A DNA stretch of 64,000 bases from Phaeosaccion multiseriatum. Taxonomy: Eukaryota; Protista; Ochrophyta, other classes. The DNA lies in the NCBI GenBank assembly GCA_965112735.1, contig OZ218950.1, positions 5,208,001 through 5,272,000 of the forward strand. Reading direction: 5' to 3'. Shown here piece by piece: positions 1 through 15,703 of the stretch (the first letter of the stretch is position 1; each line of letters opens with the position of its first letter). The position numbers and the translations under genes were made by a program. Under the pieces are notes generated by a model. The model was not told the DNA's origin. It made no database searches and saw nothing but the letters and a program-made list of their open reading frames with translations.

Positions 1-213
1 ATCACAGTCTACCGGTGAGTTGCGATTCGTACGTGCTAAACAAGCCGTGTGCCTCAACTGATGAAGAGTTGGGATTGGGAGCGAGGTGCTTCGAGAATGC
101 TCGCCATTGCCATCCCACAACCCCTCCACCACTGTCTATGGCTCTGGCAAACCGCCAAAACAACAAGCGGCAAACTCAACCCTTCTCTCTCTCTGGGACT
201 GTGCCTTACCCAG

Positions 214-1668
214 GAGGGCCTTCCCGACTTTGACGAGGAAGATCCACTCACGCAAGTGAAAGGGGCGAGCACTGCCGTGTGGGCAGCGCCGCCCCCGCCG
301 AGCGCCGGCACCAAGAAAGGACGCAGGGCTGCACGCGGACAGGAGCAAGGGGGCTCTTCCGGGCAAACGGCCCCGGCGGTAGAAACAGTGCATGAGGCAT
401 TGGTAGCGGAAGGAGCAGCAGCAGAGGCCACAAGGGAAGCGCAGCGCCCGACCCTGACCTTGCAGGGCGTCCCCAGGGGGCAACGGCAGATCTCTCTTGA
501 TCAGGAAGTGGAAGAAGTGAGTCTACCTCCTGGGGTAGAGGACATTGACGCAGGGTCGGACATGGAGTTTGACCCGGGCTATATGAATCAGTACTACCAG
601 AACCTCCGGAGCCTCGATCGAAAGTACCCGGTCCAGCCGGTCTTGGACAATGAGGGGCTGCTGCTGCCTTGCTCGAGGAGTACTCGGCGCAGGGCCATCG
701 TGTGGATGATGAACATCTGCCGACAGGGGGATGTGGAGGGGGAGGCGATGTTCATGGCTGTGCAGCTGTTGGACAGGGCGCTGCTGAGGATGCAAGACAT
801 GACCAAGAGGGACATGGAGAAGATTGTAACGGTGTGCATCACAGTGGCCACTAAGGTGAGAGGGCTCAAGGGGCGAGCGGTGAGGTGGGGGTCGGCAAGA
901 GGCACAGGCACAGGAGGTCGGGGGCGGCGCCTTTTATCTCTCTTGTCTCTTTCTCTCTCTGTCAGGGAGTAATCCCAACGGCTTGTCTGCTTTCCCCTTT
1001 TGTTGTCTCTTGGGTCTCAAGTTTGTGTGTGAGGAGCACATCCACCCGGGCGAGATGGCCCGACAGTGGGACAACATTTACACCAAGCAGGTAAGGAGAG
1101 AAAGTATCTTTTGCCTATTTTCAATAGAGCTTGCACCGGCCTGCTGCTTCACCTTGCTTGACAACCAACGCCCGTGCCCTTTCTATTGGCCCCAACCCCA
1201 CAGGAACTGGTGTCGTCCGAGGTCGTGCTACTGGGCCTGCTGGAGTATCGCATCGTGTGCGCCTCTTCCATTCAGTTCGCGCCCCGTTACTGCCTCGCCG
1301 CAGGGTTTAACAAGGACTCGTGCCCCAAGGCCTTCCATCTTGTCCACTATCTCTTGGAGCTGGCGCTGCTCGAGTACGACTTTGTGCCCTTCAGTGCGTC
1401 TCTCAAGGCGGCCTCCGCGGTCAACCTCGCTGCCCAGACGCTCAAGACAAGTGGCCTTTTTCGGCCTGGGTGGGGCGCGCAGTGCCTGTTCTACACCGGC
1501 CACGCGCCGCCGGAGCTGGAGGAGTGTGCGCGCATGTTGCTGGAGCGACAAGCGCGGGCCGATTTTGACCTGCCGGATGCGGATGTGGTGGTGGCCAAGT
1601 ACAACACCAGGGGCTACTATTACGCCTCCGCCGTGCCCGCCATGAATCCGCGAGAGCTCACCTTCTGA
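214..1668 (+). CDS. Cyclin (A/B-like, divergent), 5' partial; exons approx. 214-855, 1022-1090, 1204-1668
   Basis: Cyclin-box-like segments RRAIVWMMNIC..AMFMAVQLLDRAL..VCITVATK|FVCEE..ELVSSEVVLLGLLEYRI and C-terminal box YLLELALLEYDFVPFSASLKAASAV; GT-AG junctions keep the frame. The start codon was not identified; a donor-like gtgagt at 15-20 suggests upstream exons. Confidence 0.85.
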
Positions 1669-2373
1669 GGGAGGCGAGGCGGACGTCTTTATGGCCCGAA
1701 TGTCCCATTGCCTGCCTGCCCCTTCCACGCCCAGTCAAGACCACCCCTTGTGTAACGAGGGGCGAGGGCGCGGAGGGGGCCTCTCTACCTGTCCGTCCGC
1801 TGAGCAGATTAAGCAGGAAGAGGTTGGGTGGGACGGGAGCTCTGAGGAGCTCCTGCAGGCGAGGCGCGGTTTCTGTTTGTAGCTGAGTGCGGCTACTCTT
1901 GTGTTGAAACGCGCCTCAAGTACAACATGTGTTCCGTGGCTCTGGGAAGGCGAATTTCCCAGATACGGCACGGACTTTGCTCCTGTTAATAACAATATCT
2001 CCCTTGCCTCACCAAGGGTACTTAAAGTAAACAACTTAAAGGAAACAATTAAAGGGGAGATCAAGAGATGGTCTAAAAGTAACGCCGGAAAGAGGGGGGA
2101 AACTTTATTGACTTAAGGGGGTGGGAAGCAGTTTCAGTTTGAGGGGCACAACCACCCCCCCTCGGACCAAATTCAAACACCATTTAGCGCATCCCCCACA
2201 GCACAATAAAGAGCAGCAGGCACCAACGATATTCCACACATACACAACCAATCCTTCTGTACTCGCAGTCACCTCTTTGAAAGAACTTGTCCGAGCACCT
2301 AGCGGCCTACAGCAAGTCCTTTTCCCTCGCTGGTTTTGAATATCTATCCTCTTCTCACCCTCCACATACCATC

Positions 2374-4199
<1,826 letters not shown>

Positions 4200-4325
4200 T
4201 CTGTCTAAATATACTATACATATGCTGTCTAAATACAAGTCTAAATTGCTGTCGAAAGAAAAAATGAAGACTTGTGATAATATTGATGTGACTTTTCTTG
4301 CTTCCATGTATTGCCATTCCATCCC

Positions 4326-4577
4326 TCAGTCCATTTCGTCAAGGTCGAGCACTTCCTCCTCATCGTCGCTGCTGTCATAACTGTCTCTTTCTACCTCCTC
4401 CTCCTCCTCTTCCTCTCCATCCCCCCCCTCATCCTCGAATATTGAGCTCCCTTCCTCGTCCATCTCCAGCCGCTTTTGTCGCTCCCTCTCCGCCTGCTTT
4501 TTGCGCAACGCAGCAATGAGCTCATCCTTGTCCATGCCCCCATAGCCGCTCTCCCCTCCCCCCCCCAGCTCCTCCCC

Positions 4578-4613
<36 letters not shown>

Positions 4614-6657
4614 CTGCTGAGGCGATGCCTCCTTCTTCGGCTTGGCCGCCTTTCTCTGCATCACCGTAGGCAGCCTAGTCACGGGCAGCTCGCCCTTGGC
4701 CAACTTTTTCTTGCCCTTGTCTGCTGCCTCTGCTGCCTCTGCTGCATCTGTTGCCCCTGCCCCTAATCGTTCATCTAACCACGCACCCACCCCCTCCCCG
4801 TCCATCTCCCCTCCGTAGGCTTGAGCAGTCCACCTTGTCGTCCCCACCTTGGGATTGGCCCCTGCCTTGGCATTCTTCTTGAAAAGCAACACCCGATGGA
4901 ACCCTTGCAGCTCCTCCAGTGGCAGGGCATCCTCCTCCTCCTGTTCTAGCTGGTCCAGCGACTTGACCGTGTTCTTCTTCCTCTTGCTCCTGCTGGACTT
5001 TTTGGCTTTGGCCCCGCTGCGCACAATGGAGGGAGGCTCAATGCCAAGCTTCTTCTCGAGGGACATTTCGTATTTGGTCGTGTCAATGTGCACGAAGCGA
5101 AGCGTCCGGTGCGTGTACATGGCGTGCTTCATCGCCGCCTTGCTTGCCTCGCCCAGCGCCCCGGCCTTGAGGATCACCGCACAGGAGGCCTGACTCAGGC
5201 ACCTAGAGGCGAGGCGAGGCGAGGCGAGGTGAGGTGAGGTGAGGTGAGGTGAGGTGAGGCACACGCAGCAGCGGCACACAAGGTGGGGCTCGGTACGCGG
5301 GTGTTGCCACCGCTGTCTCGCTCGCTCTCCACCAAGCTTTCATTCATTCACGCATGCATACCTGCTCTCCAGCTCCCTGGTGGAGGTCACGGGGTGTGCC
5401 GGGTTCTCTGCTACGCGTTTGAGCCAACTATTGAAGCCTGTTTGGCTAGACATGTGTTTCGAGTACGCCTGCGCCAAGAAAGGGGGAGTGGGCGCAGCAG
5501 CCAAGGTAACAAAAGAACGGCACGGAGGCTGAGCGAAATAGGCTGCTGCTGTGCCCCTTTCTCTCAGCGCCCTCCTCCGGTTCTGCTGCTTTTCCGCATC
5601 AGCATAGATTTGCCCAGTCTACCTCACAAACACAAGCGAAGCGCACCTGTTGGGGCTTCAAGCCAGGTCCCACGATAAATACCGGCGGTGTGGCAACACT
5701 GTCCTTCCCTTTGGCAGCCTTTGAGGCATCAGGGTCTCCCCTTTCTATACTAAACTTTGTATACACATCTTTTCCGCTGGGCAGGGTCCCGCTGCAGTCC
5801 AGCACACCTGCGTTGAGCCACGAGGTGGGGTGGGAGGAGGAGTCATTCATATTCGCAGAGGGGCGTCAAGCATCGCGGAACGAGAGCCACTCACTCGCGA
5901 GTCACTCCTTGGGCCGGGGTGCCATAAGATATGGGACGTTCAAACGAGAATGCGCACGCACACCTTGTGGCCTCTGACGAGGTGTCACAAGCCAGTAGCT
6001 GCATCGTATACGCAATTTGAGTCACTGCACTTACCGAACTTGAAAGGTATTGATGGAGAGGCGGCTACGACTTCCTTCGCCGCCTTCGTGAAGCGCTCTG
6101 GCACAGGCTCAGAAGTGTTTGAGCACAGGACGACCCATGTATCATTCCCTAAAAATACCTCTTTCATCTGCGCGGTGTTGAACGTGTTGAGGTGATGCAG
6201 GGGAGTCGCCAGGCCTGCCAAGCGGGGGAGATGCGGGAAGCTGGCGCATTAGACTTCCGCAAGTATGCATTAGTGTAGAGGTGATATGCGGAAGACACAG
6301 CTGACAGCCCCTTCCAACCCCCCCCCCTCTTCCTGTGCTTATGGGGCAACCACCACGGCCAGGTAGCACCAAGAAACCGTATCTCGAAGCACCGGCCGCA
6401 CAGACACGGCAGCCTCGCCCCCCGTCCCTTTCCCCCTTTCAAACACAGGCACAGAGCTTAGAGCTTGACAGGACGCCTCTTTCTGCGGATATGAAGAGCA
6501 CGGCTCCGCAAGAGAGCGGTCGAGCAGACTTGCCTTTGATGATGAACCCAACCACAAAGGCGATGCTCACCACTGCTCCGCCCTGCAGCCATGGCGCAAG
6601 TCTCTCGATGGGAGGAGCTCCGCTTTTCTTCGGCTTTATCGGCCTTTCCCGAACCAT
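4326..6657 (-). CDS. Hypothetical multi-exon protein: N-terminal hydrophobic segment, possible thioredoxin-like folds, acidic/charged C-terminal tail
   Basis: Chain of minus-strand ORF segments (6439-6657, 5985-6221, 5599-5850, 4326-5279) bounded by splice-like sites; GGAVVSIAFVVGFII is TM-like; MKEVFLGNDTWVVLC and AGVLDCSGTLPSGK segments. The fold assignment is tentative. Confidence 0.65.
5206..5260 (+). repeat. (GAGGC/GAGGT)n pentanucleotide microsatellite, intronic
   Basis: Directly visible. Confidence 0.9.
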
Positions 6658-7107
6658 GTTTTTCGCTTTTCACCCTTCAGGGGAAAAAAAAAAATTTAGG
6701 CTCCCCCCCCCCCCCCGAGTGTGTGACCCTATGGAAGGGTTTTGTTTACGATAGATCTAGGCAGTAGAAGGACATCTCTGAGAGATTTGTTACATGTGGT
6801 TTTGAGGTCTTTCTCCTTCTTCCTCCAAACATCTGTTCTGCTTGGTTTTGTTTGGGGTGAGAGGTGCTACCCCATTTCAACGTGATGAATCCCGCCTCCC
6901 TCCTTCTCTCCCCTTTACCATCTCGGACAAAGTAGCCTTCTTCAGACATGGTAAGTTGGGGGGGGGGAGGGGAGGGCTGTTTGGCCGCGCGTTTGTCGCC
7001 TTGCATCTTCCCCCCCCATCTCCTCTGATCTCTACTAATGCTACTCGCTCTGCTGCTCACCTATCCCACCTCCCCTCTCATTGCTGCATGAAATTCGCTT
7101 CCAGACT

Positions 7108-7251
7108 ATGCGGAGCTTTGGGGCAAGTACTCTTTTCGATAGAATAAAGCGAGGGCGAGGGAGTGCTGACGCTGCTGACCTTCCGGTGGTGCCGCCCGGC
7201 CCGTCCGGCACTCCACCAGCGCCTCCACGAGAAGGGTCGGCATTTGCTACG

Positions 7252-7282
<31 letters not shown>

Positions 7283-9617
7283 AAGCCCCCCCCTCAAGCC
7301 CCTCTTCAGAGTCCTCGCCACAATTGGGGCTACAACACCAGCACTCCTGGAGCTTGACCATCTTACTGCATCAAGTACCCTCACTTCCCAGTGCCTACGT
7401 GAGGCGGAGAGGCTATGCGGAGCGCGTAGTGGATGAGCTACTATGCCAAAGAGGGGAAGGAGAGGATGCAGTTGGGGCAGAGGGAAGCATTCGTCGTAAG
7501 GGCCCTCCCACAGTGGTGATTTATGCCAAGGAGCCGCAGGGTAAGACCACCTTGGCAGCAGCGCTGGCCACGGAAGAGGAGCGAATAGCAGAGAACTTTA
7601 CCTCAGGGGTGCTGTGGCTTAATGTCGGAAGAGGAGGTGAGAACATTCTGTGTTCTCTCCTGCGCGCTCTGGCGGTAGCCCTTAATGAGGAGGGCCGAGA
7701 CGGGGACGAGCAAGAAGGGTACATGCCTTACAGGTGAGAGGCAAGAGAGAGAGAGAGAGTGGTATATTCTGCGAATATGTGGTTCGTAAAGGGCTGGTAC
7801 AGGGAGGGAAGTGGGCAATTCCGGAAAGCCTTCTGCTGCGGTACCAGCCTGCTGTTTGGCCTGCTGTACGGTGTGGAGACCGTGGAGGATGAGCAAGAGA
7901 TGGCCGTGTGCACTGCCCGCCACGTCAGTCAGCTTCCCTCCTAGGGCCTCCGCCAGCAGACCGTCTGGCTGGCGCCCCGCGGAAGGGGGGACTTGGACAG
8001 TTTTCGCTCACGCTCACCTACCTCCCCTCACCTCTCTTTCACTCTCTCCCAACCCTCCTCCCCCCAAAGGTATGGTGACTTGGACTGCTGCATGGTGAAC
8101 CTGGCGGTGATGATCAAGACTACCAACTGGGCTGCGAAGGGCATGGTGGTACTCGACGACGTGAGCGACAGCCGTGTTGTCGAAGTGTTTCAATCCCTGG
8201 GTGTGACCTTGCTCGTCACCACCCGCAGCCGGAGCGTGGCAGAGTGGGGCTGCGCTGGTGGCGGGCTGATCGAGCTGGGGTGCTTCAGTCCGGATGAAGC
8301 CGTCGAAGCGCTCGGTCTGGCGGCCTGTGCCCCCCGCAGGTACTTTAGAGGAATAGGTTTCCCCCGCGCCTTACGTGTGTTCTGTCTGTGCTATTTTTCG
8401 TACGTTACATACATCCTCCTGGAGCGAAGCGGAGCTTGTATCACTGACCCGTCTACGTACTCACTCCCCTTCTTGCCAGGTCCGAGAGAAGCGTCGAGGG
8501 GAAGGGCATCTGCAAAGCCATTGGATTCAATCCCAGGGCTGTGGCCATCGCGGGCATGGCCCTGGAGGAGAAGAGTGTGGGCGACTGGCTGCAGCTCAGC
8601 GCTCAGCTGCAGGCTGAGAATGCCAAGAAAGGGCCAGGGGAGGGTAGTAGCAGCAGCATAAGCAGCAGCGGCAGCGGCAGCAGCAGCAGCAGCAGCAGGT
8701 ACGGAGGTACAAGAAGGTGTTTGTGAGTGTTCCTGAGTGTTCATGAGCGTAGCATTGAAGCGAATATTTGGGGTGCTCGGTGTCTGTATCTTCCCCCCTG
8801 TGTCCCCTCCTTTCTCTCTCTCCCGCTCTTCATGCCCCTCTTTCCTCGCTGCCGTGTCTCTGCTGACAGCTGTGTGGATATGCGGTCGCTTGTCGACTTT
8901 AATCTGCGGACGAACTTTAGCGCCGCAGATAGGAGCAAATTCGCGACCCTGGGAGTGCTTCCCCCGGATCTCTCCGTTACCACTGAGCTCCTCGGCCTTC
9001 TCTGGGGTCAGGAGACAAGGACAGCGCGTCTGCTCGCAGAAGGAATGAGCGCTCGAGCTTTGCTCAAGAAGACCGCCCCGGGCCTCTTTGCAATGCACCG
9101 AGAGGGGTCCGCAGCGGCCAAGGGGATGATGGAGGAAGAGGACTTACGGCGTCAGACTGTGGCAGCACCAAGCGTCAGGAAGACTGCCGTAGAAGCCATG
9201 AAGGACTACTGCTGCAGGCTCAATACGCTCAAAGAGCACGACGCTGACGGGGCTCGGGCGTGGGTGTTGCGTGAGCTTTGGAGAATTGTGCAGGAGGGCG
9301 ACACGATGGCCAAGGGCAGCGCGTTATGCTCACCGACTCCGACCCGGGGCCATGAGAGCGGTGGAAGTGTGAGCACTGACATTGACCCGAGCTCCCACGA
9401 TGCATGTAGTGCCTACCTTCTCGCTCTTTCCGATCGCCGACCGGTGTACGAGGAGCAGGGGAGGACGGGCATGCTGCTTCTCGTCAGTTGTGTGCGGTTA
9501 GTCGCGAATGAGTACCTTGAGAGAGGCTTGGGGGCGGCGGAGGAAGCGCTGACGCTGAGAGAGGAGGCCGTGGAGCTCTTACTCGAGGCTCTGGAGAATA
9601 ACATCAACAGCAGCAAT

Positions 9618-9649
<32 letters not shown>

Positions 9650-12600
9650 CAACAACATCGGCGCCGACGAGCGTGCTGACCTGCTCCGGTCGGAAAACGC
9701 CGAGACCACCTACGCACTCATTAGGGCGTACCTTGATCAGGCCAACCATCTCATGGTTGCGGGTGAGTGAGTGCAATGCCGTGCTGGCGAAGAAGAAATT
9801 CAGGCCCGCCCTTGTTTCTGGATCCCGAGCACCAGCTCAAGCATGTGTGTGTGTGTGTGTGTTTACTTCCTCCTTTCCTTGTCTGCATGTATCTCATTGA
9901 TCTTGCTTGCTTCTTGCTTTGCAGGTAAGCCTGAGCTGGCTGTAGAGCCTATACAACACGCGCTACGTCGCGTGCACAGCAGTGCCAAGTGGGGTCAAGA
10001 AGAGCGAGATATGGAGCTGGAAGGGCTCTGTCTACTCTCCTGTCAGCTCGCCGAGAGTGGCGATTTTGACTCCGCCTTGGGAAAGGTGCAAGAGATTCAG
10101 ACAACGTGGAGCCCCGCGGATGCTGCGGGGCTTGGTGGATCTGGCATTTGTGCCTGGCTTCTCACGCGGATAGGCGACGTAGCAGCCAAGGTACTGAGGG
10201 ATCGGGACGGAAACAGCGGCAGCAGCAGCGGTAGCAGCAGTAGCGGCAGCAGCGGCAGCAGCAGCGAGCCTGGTGAAACAGCGTTGGCGGCCTACGGGCG
10301 AGCTCTACTGGCCATCCAGAACATCGTAGGGGAGGACCATCCGCTCTGTGCCGTACCTCTGGAGAGGCGGGCGTCTCTGCTGCTGGGGCTGGGGAGGAGT
10401 GGGGAGGCCCTGGACGAAGTGGAGGTGTGTGCTGGAGAGGAGGGGATTGGGGGGGGGGGCAATCGGAAAGGAAGGAAGCCCCTCACCCCATGCTGGCCCA
10501 AGTGTGTGCTTCCTTCTGTGTGTTGGGTGTCGGTGCTCTTTCTAGCCTGCCATCGCACCCCTCCTTTGACTGCCATCCTGCTCATTCACTGGTCTCTTTT
10601 CTTCTCTGGTTTTTTGTTTGTCTCTGGGCGCCTCTTTTTCATGACACGGTTTTGTTATTCTCTCCTCCCCCCCTGGCCTGAAACGTGTCTATTGGAGCAG
10701 GGCATGCTGTCGATCCTTCGGAAGGCTCACGGAGACGGAAACGCTCACCCCAAAGTCGCCGCCACAGATGCCATGCGAGCGAGGCAAGTGCCTAGGGGGC
10801 TGCTGCGACTGCTCACCTCGCTTTGAGGCATACACAGACTGACTTTTACCCGGCTGACTGACCGAGGTGCTTCTCTGGCTCTCTGACCATAGAAGGACGA
10901 AGTTGGGACTGGACACCGTCTGTCTTGTTGCTTTTTGCTCATCGCCTCTGTTCTACATTCCACGCTCCTCCTCTGACCTCCTCCTCCTCCTTGAACGGGC
11001 GCTTGACTCTCCTCCACAGGGCCATGATCGAGCAGGGTGAAGCAGAACGCGCTCAAGAGATCCTGGAGCAGGCACTGGAGCAGCAAGAGGCGACCTTCGG
11101 CAAAGATCACATCTTGACCGCTCAGGTGGGCGGAGCGTTCGTTGACTTAGACTTCTTCTCCATTCCCCTTACGACCAAGCGATCCAAAAGACCGGCCTGC
11201 TCCTGTTTCATTTTGCTCTTATGGTTTCGCGGGTGCTGTTTGTTCACCCTCTTTCACTCTCCCGTCCGACTCCCCTCATGTGCATGCACAGACGATGCTT
11301 CTATTGGCCATCTGTGGGATGGGGGACAGCAGGTACGATACGCTTTTCTTCATGTTGATGTATGTGGCTTTCCCGCGACAGAGTGAGCTCAACACCGATA
11401 TTTGATTGGGCATGTACGTACACTTCAAGAGCAAAGAGATCATTAAGGAATTATCTGCGTTCTCCCGTCCCCTCTGGCACCGCAGCGAGGATATGAGCGA
11501 TGAAGACAGCAGCGCAGACGACGACGACGACGACGACGACGAGGATGAGGAGCACGCCCTAGGAGGCGGTGCTAGGAGCGGCCGTGAGAGAGACGACTTT
11601 GAGAGAGAGGAGGAGTTGTTGAGGCGGAGTGTGGCCGTCTTTGAGTCATATAGCACCACTCCTGCTACTGAAGAGAGCTCTACCAAGAGCTCTGATAGCA
11701 GCGCTGGGGGAGACTGGCGGGTATGTAGGCAGCAGCTGGGAGAGGCGTGCGGGGCACTTGGCCTACTGCTTGAGAGACGGAGTAGCAAGATGCTCAGGGA
11801 GGTGGAGACGGAGGACGAGCTGGGGATGGACTATGAGGTCAGTGTGGGAAGAAGAAGGAGGAGCCTGTGGCGGTGTGTGTGGCAAAGGCGGGGCGGGAAG
11901 GCGTATCCCCTTCTCGTCTTTTTCGTCCCGGTGACATGCGTCGTAGCTTCTCAAGAGCTCTGCCCCTTTCCCCTCTGTCTCACTCTGTCTTACTCTGTTT
12001 TTACTTTTGCCCGACCTGTCGTAACTCTTGTGTTAGGTTGTAATAGGGGAGGCGGAGGACATGCTCAAGAGGCATATGGACCTCGCCGAGGAGGCAAGCG
12101 AGGAGGAGGGGACGTTGGAGGCCAAGAAGAAACATCTCGAGGCCACCAAACGCTTCATTCACTTCCAGCAGGTGAGCCTGACGTGCGTTCGATTGCAGGG
12201 CAGGGACGAGGGATTGGCGAGCCTGACTTGTTTTCCCACGAGGCGTCATGAGCCCTAGCTAGACCGTCCGCATCTCGTCAGTTGTCTGTTGTCGTCGTTG
12301 CCTCTGTGCGGTGGGCTTTTTCAGCTACCATCTTTTCCGTCCCTCTCTTGCTTGCGGGCGGGCGTATCCCTTGTTCTTCATTCCTTCCTGCCTTCCTTCC
12401 TTCCTTCCTCGCTCTCTAGGCCAATGGCGACGAGTCCAAGGCAGAGTCTCTCATGTGGGATATTCAGCATCTCACGGCGCAGGTGTATGGGCCCAAGAGC
12501 CTGGAGATGTGCATGGATTTCGAGCGGTTGGCACGCTTCCTCAGCTCGCACGGGGCCACAAGGTACAGCGAGGCAGAACCCCTCTTCGCCAAGAGCCTGA

Positions 12601-14933
12601 GGATCAGGGAAGCGGTCCTCGGGCGGAACCATCCGTCCGTCGGAGAGGTAAGGGCCGATCTTAAATCCCCGCGCATTTCAATATCAATCCCCCCCCTTTT
12701 GTCCCGTCCAATCTCGTCACTTTTGGTGACCGACTGACCGACCGACCGACCGACCAACCGACCGACCGACTGACGATTCGTCTCTTCATGCCCCCCCAAC
12801 GGCGTTGCTCCCGTTTGCAGGTGGCCACTCGACTAGGTGGGGTGTTGGTGGAGCAGCAGTCAGTGCGGGCGGCAGAGCCTCTCTTTAAGCGCGCATTGGA
12901 CATTGTCAGGCAGCAGCTTGGAGAGGGAGCACCCATGAACCGCACACAGGTGAGTTGAGTGAGCAAGGGAGAGATGAGCCGAGCGAGAGAGACGTGCGGG
13001 CAAGCCTTTGGGAATGGTAGCCAAAGGCTTTAGGCTTTAAGGTTCGCAGGATGGGGCCCACAAGGCACGGGGTGCCGAGCAGGAGAGCGCTCGGGCAGCC
13101 TTCGGAATGAGCTTCATATATCGACTCTGACTACACCCCATATACGTGGTCGCCAGTTTCTACAAAGTGCTTTCTAGAAAGAGCGAGCGGCCCTTGTTTT
13201 CGCGCGGATGCCCTGAAAGTAACACGCCCCGGCCCGCTCCGTCCCTTCCCTGCCCCTCTGACCTTACGCATCTTCCTCCCTTCCTCCTCTCCTCTTGAAC
13301 AGGAGCTATTGAACCTCGGCATGGTGCTGAGCAAGCAGGGACGTTACGACGAGGCAGAGCCGCTCATCCGAGAGGCGGTGGACGTCGGCACGAGACTCTA
13401 TGGGGAGGAGACGGCCGAGGTCATCACGCAGCTCAACATGCTGGCAGTGCTCGTGTATGCACAGGGGAGGCATACGGAGGCGGAACCAATGCTCAAGAAG
13501 GTGTTGGATCTGAGGGAGGTGGTGCTCGGCAAGTCACACCCGGACGTGGCAGAGAGCCTGACGAACCTGGCGGCGTACTACAATTCAAAAGGTGAGTGAG
13601 AGAGAGAGACAGAAGCTCATTCCCCATCCGATCGATCGATCAAACATGGGACCGGGCCAGACAGAGCCAGCAGGCTGTCATGTCAGTCAAGCACCCACCT
13701 CACCTCCCTCTGCTCACACATTCGGTTTCACCACCGTCGACTGTGTGCTGTGTGCTACCTACCTACCTACCTACCTACCTACCTACCTACTACCTACCAA
13801 CCGACTGTGTGCTGTTTGCGCTGCTTGCTATTGTGTGCCTTATGTATGAAACGCTTTCCCCAGGCACCTATTCCATGGCGCTGCCCATGTTCGAGCGAGC
13901 CATGCACATATGTAGGGAGAGCTACGGGGAGACTCACCCTGAGACGCTGTCGTGCATGGGCTGGCTGGCAGAGCTGCACGAGAAGAGGAGGGAGTACCCC
14001 TTGGCGGGGGATCTCCTCACCAGGATGCTGCAGATGCAGGGGGCAGGGGAGGGGCAGAGCAGCATGGAGATTGCGGAGACGCTGAGCGCGTTGGCGGAGC
14101 TGCGTTGTCTGGAGGACAAGTTTGAGGAAGCGGAGCACCTGCACAAACGGAGCTTGGAAATGAGGGAGAGAGAGGTGAGACGCCTCTGCCCTGCTATGCG
14201 CGCCTCTGCCTGCCCTGCCTCGTGTCTGTTTGCCTTGAGTGAGCCTTTTGTCTTGCCCCTTTCTTTTCCCTTGCTCACCCGGGCCATCTTTCTTTCTCTC
14301 GTGGCTCCCCTCCCCTACGTGTGTGCGTGTGTGTGCGTGTGTGTGTGTGTGGGCGTGTGTGTGTGTGTGGGCGTGTGTGTGTGTACAAGGTGGGACCCAA
14401 TCACAGCAGCGTGGCAGACACCGCGCAGCTGTTGGCCCTTGTTCTGAGCAAGGCGGAGAAGCATATGGTACGTAAGGCAGCTGGGTCCTGTTGCTCCGTT
14501 GTTCCGTTTGTTCCTTTTTTGTTGTTGCCTCAACTCGTTTTTTACACCCCCAATCCATCCTTTCGGGGCATCCTCCTTGCCTTTCTATCTCCCGTCCGTA
14601 CAATGCGACTTTGATCTTCAAAAGGAGGCCAATTTCTACCAGCAAGTCGGAGTGGACGCGCGAGACGGCAATCGCGTGAGGAAGGACACGGCAGAGCCCC
14701 TCAAGACTTCTTCGAGCGGCCGCAGGGGGAGCCTGGCAAGCAGCACGAGTATGCGTATGCGGTCGTACGGCGCACCCGCGGAAGGTTCCCACTCGGGCGA
14801 CACAAGGGAAGGACGCCACGGTCAGCGGAAGCAGCAAAGGCCAGGAAAGGGCAAAAAGAGGCCTGGCCAAGTAGCCATGACCAGGGCCATGAGCCGGATC
14901 ATGTCCACCGCTGACGTCCGGCCAGCGCTGTAG
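7108..14933 (+). CDS. NB-ARC (STAND NTPase) plus C-terminal kinesin-light-chain-type TPR repeat protein, many exons
   Basis: VPSLPSAYVRR pre-P-loop, Walker A AKEPQGKTT, FTSGVLWLNVG, Walker B MVVLDDV, LLVTTR (sensor 1), ICKAIGFNPRAVAIAG (GLPL-like), FAMHRE (MHD-like). TPRs such as LGMVLSKQGRYDEAEPLIREAV and EVVLGKSHPDVAESLTNLA. Confidence 0.85.
13755..13797 (+). repeat. (CTAC)n microsatellite, intronic
   Basis: Directly visible. Confidence 0.9.
14319..14384 (+). repeat. Imperfect (GT)n microsatellite, intronic
   Basis: Directly visible. Confidence 0.9.
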
Positions 14934-15228
14934 CGCATGTATCTTTAAGTATACTTTTTTTTAAAAATTTTACTATATTATTATTTTGTTTTTAAATGAA
15001 GCTGGTCCTGGAGGGTCCTTCCTGTCTCTCTCTCTGACTCTTAGTCTCGCTGTGCGGCATCGCGCCGCTGCCTCGTGCCTGTCCTATTTCATCTTTCGGT
15101 CGGGGGGGGGGGGCGGGGGCGGATCGATCGCCGTGTCCGCGCCCACAGAGACACAGCATCGGCAATACCCACCCCACCATTCTGAGTGTGGAGAAGAAGC
15201 CTCTTTCGTTCCCCCTCACACGCCTACA

Positions 15229-15662
15229 CTAAAGCACGGGCGGGGCCGCGGACTCCTTTTCTACTTGCCGCCCCGACAGGAGAGCCTTGCTCTTCTCCTG
15301 CATGGCTTCCGTCTCGGCCACAAAAGTCGCTGGTACCCAATTGTACCTCACCTTCACCACTGGAGGGGTGGAGTCCGAGCCCCCCACCCCGTCGGTGAAG
15401 CACAGACCCTTGGTGATGGTGCCAGGCCTGCCAGGCGGACCCAAGTGGTTGGTTTTATCCTCAGGCCGAGCCAAGGCGATGGGCACACCGACCCACGCGT
15501 TCTTATCTCGGGTGGCGATGTGTACGTCGAGCTCTGTCTTTGCAGGTAGCGTAGTCTTGAGGATGCGAAGCCCTCCCTTTGGTCCTTGAGGGGGCTTCCA
15601 AATGTGCTCGAACAAGTCTTGATCCTAAAAGGAGGCGGGTTTGAGAGGGAAAGGTTTGGTCA

Positions 15663-15703
<41 letters not shown>

